Assembly (NCBI GenBank): GCA_033581555.1
Contig: JAVQSZ010000001.1
Coordinates: 1-64,000 of the forward strand
Reading direction: 5' to 3'
Origin: Nitrososphaerota archaeon
Lineage (GTDB): Archaea; Thermoproteota; Nitrososphaeria_A; Caldarchaeales; Calditenuaceae
Length of the DNA: 64,000 bases
Part shown: one piece after another, positions 1-9,274 of the stretch
Layout of the letters: each line of letters begins with the position of its first letter
Position numbering within the stretch: position 1 is the stretch's first letter
The notes under the pieces: model-generated
The model's database searches: none
Seen by the model: the letters and a program-made list of their open reading frames with translations, nothing else
What the model was told of the DNA's origin: nothing
Translations under genes and position numbers: made by a program

Positions 1-1585
1 GAGGTAGAAGTTCATCCTTCTGACCCAGCCCGCTTCCAAGTTCAGGTCCCTCGAAGCCGGATAGAATATCTCGCCAGGGGTCCCATAGCTCAACGGCTCG
101 AGCCTGACGCAGGACCCGACGAGGTAGCCCATCCTCGCGCCGATCACCCGCGCGCCCTGACTCGAGCCCCAGAGAGAGAACGCCGGGTGTCTGGTCATCG
201 TGTGCACCCTGCCTGGCCACCTCCTGAGGTAGGCCCTCTTCGCCAACGCCCAACCCGGGAGCCTCAGGTCCCTGAGCGACCTGAGGACCTCGCCGGAGGC
301 GTTCTTGAGCTCGACGACGACCTCGCCGTCGCCGGGGTAGCTGACCCAGCTGGCGTAGCACCAGCAGGCGAAGAGCTCGGAAGGCGGGACGAAGTCGACC
401 TCGAACCAACCGTTGATACTACCGGAGGCGAGCTCGACCTCGCCGGTGACATCGTTCAGCCTGACGTTCGCGCCCCTGTGGAACGTTATCGGCCTCTTAT
501 TGACGTAGGTGACGAATCGGTAGCCGACGGCGGCGACGACCCTTTGCGTGTGGTAGAGGGTGGACCTCATCGACGCGAGCTCGTCCGTGCCGATCGCTTT
601 GCCGAACCGCGCCGTTACGTCCCCACCGATGGCCTCGCTCAAGTAGTCCTCGAGGAGCTCGAGCCTCCCGCCCACCTCCAGCACGACGTGCGGATCAGGA
701 GGCGCATACCTGATGCCTACGACGTGCATGTCGACGCCCGAGAGCCCCAGCTCCGGCAGGTCGATCCTCACCATGCTGAACAGGTCTATCTGGCTCCGCT
801 CGACGAAATCGCGGCGCACGGTGAGCCTGAGCTGCCGGCCGTATTCCCGGTTGAGGGCCAGCCTGATCCTCGCGCGGCGCTGGGCCTCGGCGGTGGAGGT
901 GAGGAAGGGGTCGTGCACGACGACCGGCAAATCTCCCGCGCCTTCGCTCTCGTCTGCAAGGATCTGACCGCCTGCGCCCACGACGATCACGCGGTTCTTG
1001 AGCCGCCACCGATCCTCGCTGTACTCGGTCGCGGTCACGACGCGGCTGTCGATGGTGGCCACGGGTGCGCCCGGAGCCTTCGGCTTGAAGTACAACTTCC
1101 GGCCGGGCTTCATCCTGAGGTAGTAGTTGGTGCCGCGGGACACAGCAGTCATGACCTTGAGCGCGGACTCGTTCTGGATGGCCCATGGGGCTAGAAGAGC
1201 TGGCGTGTTCCGACTCGTCGACGTTAGCGACGTCGACGCCGCTCTCAAGCCTCGCCAAGTCCTTAACGATCGCGCCCGCACGGGTTCCGGCGGCGTACTC
1301 CCTGAAGACGACGTGTCGGTCCCACAGGACGAGCTCGGAAAGGGCCTGACAGACCGTCAGTCGACCGGACTTGCTGCTCGCCGACCTGCGGACGTTGACC
1401 ACGAAGCCCTCGAACCTCGGGACCCCTCCCTGCAGGTACCGCACCTGGTGCCCTACCGCCGCGTCCTCGTCGAGCAGCGTGATCTCGAGCGACTCGAGCT
1501 GGTTTCCGCGGACTTCGTGGGAGAGGCTGACGACCCTGGAAGTGACCCTAGACCATCCGGCACCACTGCGGACCTCAAGGTCCAT
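1..1585 (-). pseudogene. Tailed-virus baseplate hub / tail-tip-like protein, frameshifted near 1210, 3' end beyond window
   Basis: N-part (MDLEVRSG...NVDES) lies in track ORF 695..1609. Skipping one G at 1210-1211 continues NTPALLAPWAIQNESALKVM...GRKLYFKP...NRVIVVG...DPFLTSTAEAQRRARIRL...VRIDLPELGL...LEVGG with no stop to base 1. The motif order resembles gp27/gpD/gp44-type hub proteins (pattern recognition). Confidence 0.6.
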
Positions 1586-1726
1586 GGATGCGACACCTCG
1601 GACGCCCATGGAACCCAGTCCGCAAACAGGAAGACTCGGGGCGCGTCGACTCCAGGCTCACGCCTGCGTCGGAGGAACCGCCGAGCTATCAGCCAAGAGG
1701 GGGAGGTAGGAGAAAGTGCAGAGCCA

Positions 1727-2014
1727 TTACTCGTACGTGACCTTTCCGCCCTTCTTGTAGACGTGCAGCACTATCGAGGAGACTGCGCTCCTTATCCCGG
1801 GAATCGTGAGCAGCTTTTCGGAGATGAACCTCCTGAACGAGGTGACGTCCGTGGCATTCACGATCGCGACGATGTCGTACTCCCCGGTCACCTCGTAGAC
1901 GTCCGTCACCTCGTCGAACCTCGAGAGCGCCTCGCCGACTGCCTCGAGGCGGCCTGGCTCAACGAAGAGGTGGACCAGCGCCTTTACCCCAGCCAACTCC
2001 GAGTCCCACCTCAA
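1727..2014 (-). CDS. Stand-alone Lrp/AsnC ligand-binding (RAM) domain protein
   Basis: VYEVTGEYDIV motif, no HTH; true start probably the TTG at about 1996. Confidence 0.85.
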   Translation of the reverse strand: MRWDSELAGVKALVHLFVEPGRLEAVGEALSRFDEVTDVYEVTGEYDIVAIVNATDVTSFRRFISEKLLTIPGIRSAVSSIVLHVYKKGGKVTYE

Positions 2015-2050
2015 CTCTCCGGTCTAGTTTTAAGGATGAGCCTGAAAGGC

Positions 2051-3952
2051 TCAGACGGCCTTCTTGAGGAGGACGACCCTCCCGGGGAACCTGGAGAGCA
2101 CCGAGTGGATCCTCTCGCTGTGGGCGGAGGCCTTCAGGACCGAGGCCTTCTCGAAGCCCCTGACCAGGTAGACGACGAAGTCCGCGTTCCCCGAAGTCAG
2201 CTCCCTGACCGCCGCCTCCTCGAAGTCCCCGATCTTGACCTCGTAGGTCACGGAGTAGCCCTTCGACCTCAGCTTGGAGGCAACCCGCTCAAGCTGGCGC
2301 TCCACCGCCTTCGTGTCCGGCTCAGCCTCGCCGGCCATCTCCCTCTCGATGACGCTGACCATCTTGATCTCGAACCTCGTGTCGGTGTAAGAGGTTATCG
2401 TCCTGACGACCGTCTCCGGGCTCTCGAAGGGCCTGACGAAGACCGTTAGGCTCATCCTGTATCCAGCAGGGATCACCATCTCCCGCTCGCTGGTGTCGAC
2501 GACCGCGAGCCCCAACACCCTCCTGCGGTAAACGGCGTAACCCAATACCCCGACCGCCATCCAGACCGTTCCGAGCAGCCTCCCCAGCGGGTGGAGGAGG
2601 AGGTAGAGTCCGAAGATGGCGGTGGTCACTGCCAGGCCGAGCGCCACCAGGACGGGGACCTCGAGCTCCTTGCCCTTCCACCTGACGACGACGGCGGGTC
2701 TCAGCTGCCAAGGCCTGTAGACGTTCCGCTCCTTGTACCTGAGCGCCATGACAGAGAGGAGCAGCATGATGTACCCGACCATTGCGCCGAAGTTGTAGAG
2801 GCTAGCGAGGAGCGGTATGTCGCCGGGGAGCGTGAGGGCCAGCCCGATCCCTCCGAAGAGCAGGATGGTCCTCGTCGGCGTCCCGAACCTCGGGTGGAGC
2901 CTGTAGAGCCAGTGCGGGAGGAGCGAGAGCTTCCCCATCGAGGCGGTCAATCTGGAGACGCCTATCACGCCGGTGTTGGAGGAGGCCAGCGACATGATCA
3001 TCGCCGTGACCGCGACGACCAACGCGAGCTCCTCCCCGAGGACCTTGAACCTGCTCACGAGCGCGGCCACAGGGTTCTCGATCGAATCGACGATGGTCTC
3101 AACCTCTGTCACGCCTATCGCGAGGACGCTCATCAGGAGCACGGAGAGGGGGACTAGGAGGGCCGCGAGCTTCGCGGCCCTCGGGATCCACCTGTGAGGG
3201 GCCCTCGTCTCCTCCGCGGCCTGGGCGATCGACTCGACGCCGATGAACGAGGCCATCGCGATCGTCACGCCGTATAGGAAGTTGTTGGTCTGAACGTCGA
3301 AGAAGGGCACGTACTCGACTTCGGGAAGGAAGTCCCCGCTCCCCCACCTCGTGACCTGCTCGGCGAAGCGCTCGGGGTCGAACGAGGTGAGGTAGCCCAC
3401 GAGGAAGATTACGGCTTGGACCGCTATGCTGAAGGCGACTATTACGGAGATAAGGCCCGCGGAGTACTTGATCCCCACGTAGTTGAGGGCCAGGAGGAAC
3501 GCGACCAGTAGCGCAGAGGTCAAGCCTAAGGAGCCGAACTTCACCGTCCCGAGGTCGAGCGAGAGGGCCTCGAGCTCTGGGAAGATGAAGTGGAGGTAGC
3601 CAGCGGAGGCGGTCGCGAAGAGGGAGATGCAGAGGAGGTAGTCGAGCATCAGCGCCCAGCCGGCCACGAAGCTCAGTAAGGTGTTCCAGGCCCTGAGCGC
3701 GTAGACGTGGACGCCTCCGGCGTAGGGGTACGCAGGCGCGAGCTCGCCGTACGAGAGAGCTATCGCGACGTAGGCCAGCGACCCGATTAGGAAGGCCAGC
3801 GGCGCGGCCCCTCCCGCGTACAGCATCGTGACGCCGAGCGCGATGAAGATGTCGGCCCCGACGTCGCCGTACCCCATCGAGAAGGAACCGAACCACCCCA
3901 CTTCCCGCTTGTACGTCCCTTGTTCCTCCGACATTCGGGATTCAGCCCCCAC
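2051..3952 (-). CDS. APC-family amino acid permease with C-terminal USP-like domain
   Basis: About 12 TM helices, GELAPAYPYAGG and FIGVESIAQAAEE motifs, soluble C-terminal alpha/beta domain; likely start MSEEQ at 3934. Confidence 0.9.
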   Translation of the reverse strand: MGAESRMSEEQGTYKREVGWFGSFSMGYGDVGADIFIALGVTMLYAGGAAPLAFLIGSLAYVAIALSYGELAPAYPYAGGVHVYALRAWNTLLSFVAGWALMLDYLLCISLFATASAGYLHFIFPELEALSLDLGTVKFGSLGLTSALLVAFLLALNYVGIKYSAGLISVIVAFSIAVQAVIFLVGYLTSFDPERFAEQVTRWGSGDFLPEVEYVPFFDVQTNNFLYGVTIAMASFIGVESIAQAAEETRAPHRWIPRAAKLAALLVPLSVLLMSVLAIGVTEVETIVDSIENPVAALVSRFKVLGEELALVVAVTAMIMSLASSNTGVIGVSRLTASMGKLSLLPHWLYRLHPRFGTPTRTILLFGGIGLALTLPGDIPLLASLYNFGAMVGYIMLLLSVMALRYKERNVYRPWQLRPAVVVRWKGKELEVPVLVALGLAVTTAIFGLYLLLHPLGRLLGTVWMAVGVLGYAVYRRRVLGLAVVDTSEREMVIPAGYRMSLTVFVRPFESPETVVRTITSYTDTRFEIKMVSVIEREMAGEAEPDTKAVERQLERVASKLRSKGYSVTYEVKIGDFEEAAVRELTSGNADFVVYLVRGFEKASVLKASAHSERIHSVLSRFPGRVVLLKKAV

Positions 3953-4002
3953 CTTCGGGCCGGTCGGTCATAAAGGGTTAGCTTCCCGAGCGCCTGCTCA
4001 GG

Positions 4003-4419
4003 TCACGAGGTGGCGAAGAGGACCAACGCGGTCACCGCGAAGGCCAGGGCTATGAGCTGGCGGGGGTTAGGGACCTCCCCTAAGAGGACGAGGGCCAGCA
4101 CGACCGTGACCATGGGGTAGAGCGAGGTGGTCACCACGACGATCGAGGAGGGGTTCGCCTCGAGGGCGACGTAGAACATGGCCGCGCCGAGGAAGCCGAG
4201 GGCCCCTGCGACGAGGCCCAGCGCCGCGAGGGACAGCGACTGGAATACCGCGGGCCGCGTGATCAGGATGAAGCCCGTGCTCGCGAGGATCTGACCGAGC
4301 GCCGCGAGGGCCGTCATCTCCCGCCATCCGAGCTGCTGGGAGAGCACCCTTCCGAGGAGGCCCCATGTCCCCCAGAAGAGGAGGGCGAGGAGGGCCGCGA
4401 CGAACCACCTGAGCTCCAC
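4003..4419 (-). CDS. EamA/DMT-family small transporter
   Basis: FWG motif, 5 hydrophobic helices, SLYPMVTVVLA..LLGE. Confidence 0.85.
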   Translation of the reverse strand: MELRWFVAALLALLFWGTWGLLGRVLSQQLGWREMTALAALGQILASTGFILITRPAVFQSLSLAALGLVAGALGFLGAAMFYVALEANPSSIVVVTTSLYPMVTVVLALVLLGEVPNPRQLIALAFAVTALVLFATS

Positions 4420-4481
4420 GGAGCCGAGAGGCCCGAGCCAAGTGATAATTTTTGTCCCGCAGGGCCTGAAGCTTCAGGAGG

Positions 4482-5018
4482 TCACCACTTCCCGGTCTCG
4501 CCGCGAAGCATCTCGCTGATGTGGACCCTGTCGATGTGCTTGGAGAGCTCCTTCGCGTCCTTCAGCGTAGAGCCGCAGTAGGGGCAGGTGATGCCCTTCT
4601 CCTCCTCCAGCTCCGGGAGCAGGGACTTCTCGACCAGCTCACCGGCGAGCGCCACGGTCGTGAGGACCCCGAGGACTCTGTCGCCCTCCATCACCACTAT
4701 CCTCCTTATCCCCTTCTGGGACATGACCGCTATCGCGTCGCTGACCTTCCTGTCGGGGGTGATGGTGACGAGCGGGGAGGACTTGATCTCGCCGAGCTTC
4801 ACCCTCCTCGGGTCCTTCCCCTCCGCGACCACCCTGTAGAGCACGTCCCTCTCGGTCACGATCCCGACCGCCTTCCCCCCCTTCGAGACGAGGACGCTGG
4901 TCACGCCCCTCTCACGCATCGTCCTGACCGCATCCGAGACGGACGTGTTCTCGTCGAGGACGACGTAATCGGTCCTCGCGTGCTTTATCACGGGGTCTGC
5001 CAGGATGTCGGGCTTCAA
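4482..5018 (-). CDS. CBS-pair protein with C-terminal C2H2 zinc finger
   Basis: GIVTERD CBS motifs; CPYC-x12-H-x4-H tail. Confidence 0.88.
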   Translation of the reverse strand: MKPDILADPVIKHARTDYVVLDENTSVSDAVRTMRERGVTSVLVSKGGKAVGIVTERDVLYRVVAEGKDPRRVKLGEIKSSPLVTITPDRKVSDAIAVMSQKGIRRIVVMEGDRVLGVLTTVALAGELVEKSLLPELEEEKGITCPYCGSTLKDAKELSKHIDRVHISEMLRGETGKW

Positions 5019-5066
5019 CCCGCAGGACCGCCCTGCCGGAATCTCATAAACCCATACGCGAAGCCG

Positions 5067-5576
5067 TCAGTGGGGCTGCTGGGCCTCTGCCAGCTTGGTC
5101 ACGACGACCCTGTAGTCCTTCGGGAGCTTGCTCGCGGCGATCCTCAGCGCCTCCTTCCCGAGCTCGAGGTTCTTGCCGTCGACGTAGAGGCTCATCACCT
5201 CCTTCCCCGCGAAGACCTGCGCGGCCCTTCCCACCGGCCTCCCGAAGGCCCTGCTCATCCCCTCCTGGAGCCTGTCGGCGTGGGCCCCGAAGATCAGCTT
5301 GTTCTCCCTCAGGACGTGGTGCGGGTGGGCCCTGATCACGAGGTAGAAGTCGTTCCCGATCTTCGAGCTGAGGAACTTCCCGGCGGCGACCCTCGAGGAC
5401 TCCAGGGCCACGTCCCGTATCTGACAGTCGGTGTTCGCTATTAGGTCCAGCCTGTACTCGTAGTTCTCCCTCCAGGAGCCGTAGTCGTACTTCGCGATCC
5501 TCGGCTGCGGAGCGCCCGCTATCATGTCGGCCCGCGTGTAGGGCCTCTCGATCGCCCTGAAGTTCTTCGCCTTCAT
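5067..5576 (-). CDS. rpl10e: 50S ribosomal protein L10e (uL16)
   Basis: HPHHVLRENK...GAHADRLQEGMSRAFGRP signature; start trimmed to MKAKNF. Confidence 0.97.
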   Translation of the reverse strand: MKAKNFRAIERPYTRADMIAGAPQPRIAKYDYGSWRENYEYRLDLIANTDCQIRDVALESSRVAAGKFLSSKIGNDFYLVIRAHPHHVLRENKLIFGAHADRLQEGMSRAFGRPVGRAAQVFAGKEVMSLYVDGKNLELGKEALRIAASKLPKDYRVVVTKLAEAQQPH

Positions 5577-5681
5577 CCCCCTGCTTTCCGGGCCCTCAGG
5601 ATAAAAACCGATCAGCACCGCACGGTCTGCCCCTCCGGGAAACCTCTATCTCTCCACGAGAGCGGTCTGGGCCGAGGGGAC

Positions 5682-5951
5682 TTGGCGTTCATGGTCAGGA
5701 TGGTAGGAGCGCTGATGATGGCCGGCGGGATCCTCGGTGTCGCGTTCTACACCGGCGTGATGACGGGGCTGGTGAGGCTCGTGGAGAGGGAGGTCCTGAT
5801 AGCCTGGAGCGTCTACGCGATCTCGGTCGGCCTCATGCTGCTGGTTGCGCTCCTCGGGTACGTCGCCCTCACAGCCCCCGTTCCCAAAAGCGGCGACCCC
5901 AAAGGCGGGCGGATCGGAGGTCAAGGCTTATCCCTAGAGGAGGTCGTTTAA
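5682..5951 (+). CDS. Small two-TM hypothetical membrane protein
   Basis: Two hydrophobic stretches; fills the gap upstream of the MEMO1 gene. Confidence 0.6.
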   Translation: MAFMVRMVGALMMAGGILGVAFYTGVMTGLVRLVEREVLIAWSVYAISVGLMLLVALLGYVALTAPVPKSGDPKGGRIGGQGLSLEEVV

Positions 5952-5956
5952 CGTCG

Positions 5957-6805
5957 ATGAGGAGGAGGCCAGCAGTCGCCTCGTTCTTCTACGCGGGGAC
6001 TCGGGAGTCGCTCCTGGAGGAGATAAGGTCCTGCTTCCTCTCGCCCCATGGCCCCGGCAGGCTCGCCGAGAGGCCTCCGACTTCGGGCGACCCGGCGCCG
6101 GTCCTGATCTCCCCCCACGCGGGCTACGTTTACTCTGGCCCCGTCGCGGCCCACGGCTACCTGGAGCTCTCCAAGAGAAGGAGGCCGAGGACGGTCCTGG
6201 TGGTAGGGCCGAACCACTACGGCATAGGCTCGGACGTATCGATCTATCCGGGGGGAAGGTGGTCCACGCCGCTCGGGGACATCGAGATCGACGGCGAGCT
6301 CGTCTCGAGGCTCGCGGCCGCGTCGGACATCTTCACCCTCGACGAGGTCAGCCACGAGAGGGAGCACTCGATAGAGGTGCAGGTCCCCTTCATCCAGTTC
6401 GTCTACGGCGAGGGAGTCAAGTTAGTGCCGGTCTGCATGCTCGACCAGACGAAAGAGGCCGCGGTCGAGGTCGGGAGGGCCCTCGCGGAGGCGATAGAAC
6501 GGCCAGAGGAGGTCGCGGTGATAGCGAGCAGCGACTTCACCCACTACGAGCCCCACGAGGAGGCGGTCAGGAGGGACTCAGCCGTCATTTCGAGGATCCT
6601 GAACCTCGACGTCGACGGGTTCTACAGGACCATGAGGGAGGTCGACGCGACGCTCTGCGGCTACGGTCCGATAGCCGCGGTGATGTACTACGCCAAGCTG
6701 AAGTCCTTCGCCAAAACGAGGCTGCTGAAATACGCCACGAGCGGTGACACGAGCGGAGACAGGTCCTCAGTGGTCGGGTACGCATCGATCGCCTTCGACC
6801 GGTGA
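5957..6805 (+). CDS. amrB: MEMO1-family protein (AmmeMemoRadiSam protein B)
   Basis: PHAGYVYSG, GPNH, EHSIEVQ, SSDFTHY, CGYGPI, VVGYAS motifs. Confidence 0.95.
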   Translation: MRRRPAVASFFYAGTRESLLEEIRSCFLSPHGPGRLAERPPTSGDPAPVLISPHAGYVYSGPVAAHGYLELSKRRRPRTVLVVGPNHYGIGSDVSIYPGGRWSTPLGDIEIDGELVSRLAAASDIFTLDEVSHEREHSIEVQVPFIQFVYGEGVKLVPVCMLDQTKEAAVEVGRALAEAIERPEEVAVIASSDFTHYEPHEEAVRRDSAVISRILNLDVDGFYRTMREVDATLCGYGPIAAVMYYAKLKSFAKTRLLKYATSGDTSGDRSSVVGYASIAFDR

Positions 6806-6809
6806 CCGG

Positions 6810-8108
6810 CTACGGCCAGATCCCGAGCAGCCTGATCGCCTCGCAGACCCTCTCGACAGACAGGCAGAAGGCCGCGGACCTGTTGTCGACCTCGTACTTC
6901 CTCGCGGTTCCGATCACGTCCTGGAACGCCTTCACCAGCTTCGCCTCCATCCTCGAGAGGACCTCTTCCTTCGGCCACTTCTCGCGCTTCAGGTTCTGGA
7001 CCCACTCGAAGTAGCTGACGGTCACACCACCGGCGTTCGCGAGGATGTCCGGCACCACGAAGACCCCCTTCTCCCTCAGGACCCCGTCAGCGTCGGAGGT
7101 GGTCGGGCCGTTCGCTCCCTCGCTGATGACCTTCGCCTTGATCCCGTCGACGGTCTTCGCGTTTATGGTCCCCTCGATGGCCGAGGGTATCAGGACCTCG
7201 ACGTCGAGGTGGAGGAGCTCCTCGTGGGTGATGGCCTTGGCACCGTCGAAGCCCAGCACGGTTCCGGTCCTCCTCTTGTGCTCGATCAGGGCGGGCACGT
7301 TCAGGCCCTCGGGTTTGTAGACGGCTCCCTTGCTGTCGCTGACCGCGACCACTTTCGCCCCCCAGCTGTGGAGGTAAAGGGCCGCGTAGCTCCCGACGTT
7401 CCCGAAGCCCTCCACCGCGACCCTGATCCCCTTCATGCCCATGTTCAGGGCCTTTACGGCCTCCCTCGCTCCTATCGCGACGCCCAGGCCCGTCGCCTCC
7501 TCCCTGCCCTCGCTACCGCCGAGCGCCACCGGCTTCCCGGTCACGACCTCTGGCGTGAGCTTCCCGACGATCTGGGAGTACGTGTCCATCAGCCAGGCCA
7601 TCACCTGCGCGTCGGTGTAGACGTCGGGGGCCGGGATGTCCTTGTAGGGGCCGATGATGTCCGCGATCATGTAGGTGTACCTCCTCGTGATCCGCTCGAG
7701 CTCGTCCCTGTTCAGCTCCTTCGGGTTGCACTGGACTCCTCCCTTCGCGCCGCCGTAGGGGAGATCCACGACCGCGCACTTGTAGGTCATCAGCATCGCG
7801 AGCGCGGTCACCTCGTCGAGGTCGGTGGTCGGGTAGTACCTGATCCCGCCCTTGTATGGGCCCCTGGCGTTGTTGTGCTGGACCCTGTACCCTACGAAGG
7901 TCTTGACCGAGCCGTCCCGCATCTTCACCGGTATCGAGACGGTGAGCTGGACCTTGGGGTACTTCAGGAACTCGTAGTAGTCGTCCCCGACGCGCGTGAC
8001 CTCTACGCTCTCCTTGACCCTCCTGAGGACCTCCGCTAAGAACTCATGGCCCTTGAGCGAAGGGGCTTGGAGAGGCATGCCCACGCTTAAAATGAAAGCA
8101 AGCTCCAC
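6810..8108 (-). CDS. gdhA: Glutamate dehydrogenase (Glu/Leu/Phe/Val family)
   Basis: GPYKGGIRY, GGAKGG, PAPDV, GFGNVG, ANAGGVTVSYFEW; likely start about 8078. Confidence 0.96.
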   Translation of the reverse strand: MELAFILSVGMPLQAPSLKGHEFLAEVLRRVKESVEVTRVGDDYYEFLKYPKVQLTVSIPVKMRDGSVKTFVGYRVQHNNARGPYKGGIRYYPTTDLDEVTALAMLMTYKCAVVDLPYGGAKGGVQCNPKELNRDELERITRRYTYMIADIIGPYKDIPAPDVYTDAQVMAWLMDTYSQIVGKLTPEVVTGKPVALGGSEGREEATGLGVAIGAREAVKALNMGMKGIRVAVEGFGNVGSYAALYLHSWGAKVVAVSDSKGAVYKPEGLNVPALIEHKRRTGTVLGFDGAKAITHEELLHLDVEVLIPSAIEGTINAKTVDGIKAKVISEGANGPTTSDADGVLREKGVFVVPDILANAGGVTVSYFEWVQNLKREKWPKEEVLSRMEAKLVKAFQDVIGTARKYEVDNRSAAFCLSVERVCEAIRLLGIWP

Positions 8109-8121
8109 TAATAAAGCAAAT

Positions 8122-9219
8122 CTAACGTGCGTCGAGGGGCGTCAGGAGCCTCCGGAGGTCGTACTTCTCGACGACGGGCGGAAAGCCCTTTCCGGTCGAG
8201 ACCGCGTACGCGAGCTCCCCGAGCCTCGGGCCCCGCATCAGACCGTAGCCTCTCAGCCCGCCCGCGACGACGAGGTTCGAGATCCCTTCGACCTCCCCGA
8301 GGTACGGCTCGTAGTCCCCGGTGATCTCGCAGGGGCCGTTGACGCTGCGGACGTAAACCGGGCTGACTTGGGCCCTGAGCCTGTACGTGAGCATCCTGAG
8401 CGACCTCTCGACGTAGGTGCGGGGAGGCTCCCGGTGCTCGTAGACCGGCCTGTCGGACCACTCGGCGTCGTAACCCCCTCCCACCATCTCTGAGCCCCAG
8501 GGCCTCCAATAGGAGTGGCGGCGTTCATCGGAGAAGCACGGAAGGCCCAGGTCCCTCCCGAGGTCGAAGCGGTACGCGTAGCAGGTGATGACCGCGACCC
8601 TGAGGCTCAGCCCCAGCTTGCCCAAGAGGTCCCTGTTGTGGGCGCCGGCCGCGAGGATCACCGAGTCCGTGCGGAGCAGCTCACCGTTCGCGAGCGAGAC
8701 CCCTGTCGCCGACCCTCCGGATACCCTGATTGAGGTGACCTCGCCCCTCAGCACCTTCACTCCTAGTTCCTTCAGCCTCGCCTCAACCTCGGACGCGAGG
8801 ACTGTCGGCTCGACCGCGAGGTCCAAGTCCGTGTAGACGGAGAGCTCGCCCTCGTTGACCCGGAGCTCCGGCCACCTGTGCTTCACGTCGTCCGGCGAGA
8901 GCAGCTCGTACCTCACGTCAGCGGCCCTCATCGCCTCGACCGAGTCCCTCAGGTCCTCCTCCCTCCCGATCTGAAGGAACCCCGTCCTGACCGCAGAGGC
9001 CCTCGCCACGCCCTCGATCAACCTGAGGCTCTCGAGCACGAGGAGGACGTCGTCCCTGTCCTCGAGCTGGACCGTGACCACGCCCGCGGACCTCGAAGCA
9101 GCTCCGCCCATCGGGCCCCTCGGGTCGATGACCGTCACGTCGAGCCCGTCGAGCGCGGCCGCCATCGCCGCGAAGCTCCCGACGACTCCCCCTCCTACGA
9201 CCGCCAAACGCTCGGGCAA
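8122..9219 (-). CDS. FAD-dependent oxidoreductase, DAO/sarcosine oxidase/proline dehydrogenase beta-like
   Basis: N-terminal VVGGGVVG, ASRSAG, C-terminal GGLRGYG. Confidence 0.88.
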   Translation of the reverse strand: MPERLAVVGGGVVGSFAAMAAALDGLDVTVIDPRGPMGGAASRSAGVVTVQLEDRDDVLLVLESLRLIEGVARASAVRTGFLQIGREEDLRDSVEAMRAADVRYELLSPDDVKHRWPELRVNEGELSVYTDLDLAVEPTVLASEVEARLKELGVKVLRGEVTSIRVSGGSATGVSLANGELLRTDSVILAAGAHNRDLLGKLGLSLRVAVITCYAYRFDLGRDLGLPCFSDERRHSYWRPWGSEMVGGGYDAEWSDRPVYEHREPPRTYVERSLRMLTYRLRAQVSPVYVRSVNGPCEITGDYEPYLGEVEGISNLVVAGGLRGYGLMRGPRLGELAYAVSTGKGFPPVVEKYDLRRLLTPLDAR

Positions 9220-9274
9220 GGGTCAGCCCGAAGGTCTTGGGGCTCGGGCCGTTATCACCTTGTCCTCGGGGTTG

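Noticed and set aside
695-1209. C-terminal part of track ORF 695..1609
   Set aside because: Out-of-frame read-through after the indel at 1210; the alternative frame gives the protein-like sequence
1640-1690. CAGGC-GTGA-GCCTG hairpin upstream of the tail-like gene
   Set aside because: A short GC hairpin is expected by chance, and it has no ACA or K-turn signature
187-2449. Long plus-strand ORFs 187..1194 and 1127..2449
   Set aside because: Antisense shadows of real minus-strand genes, typical of high-GC DNA; the translations are R/P/G-rich with no motifs
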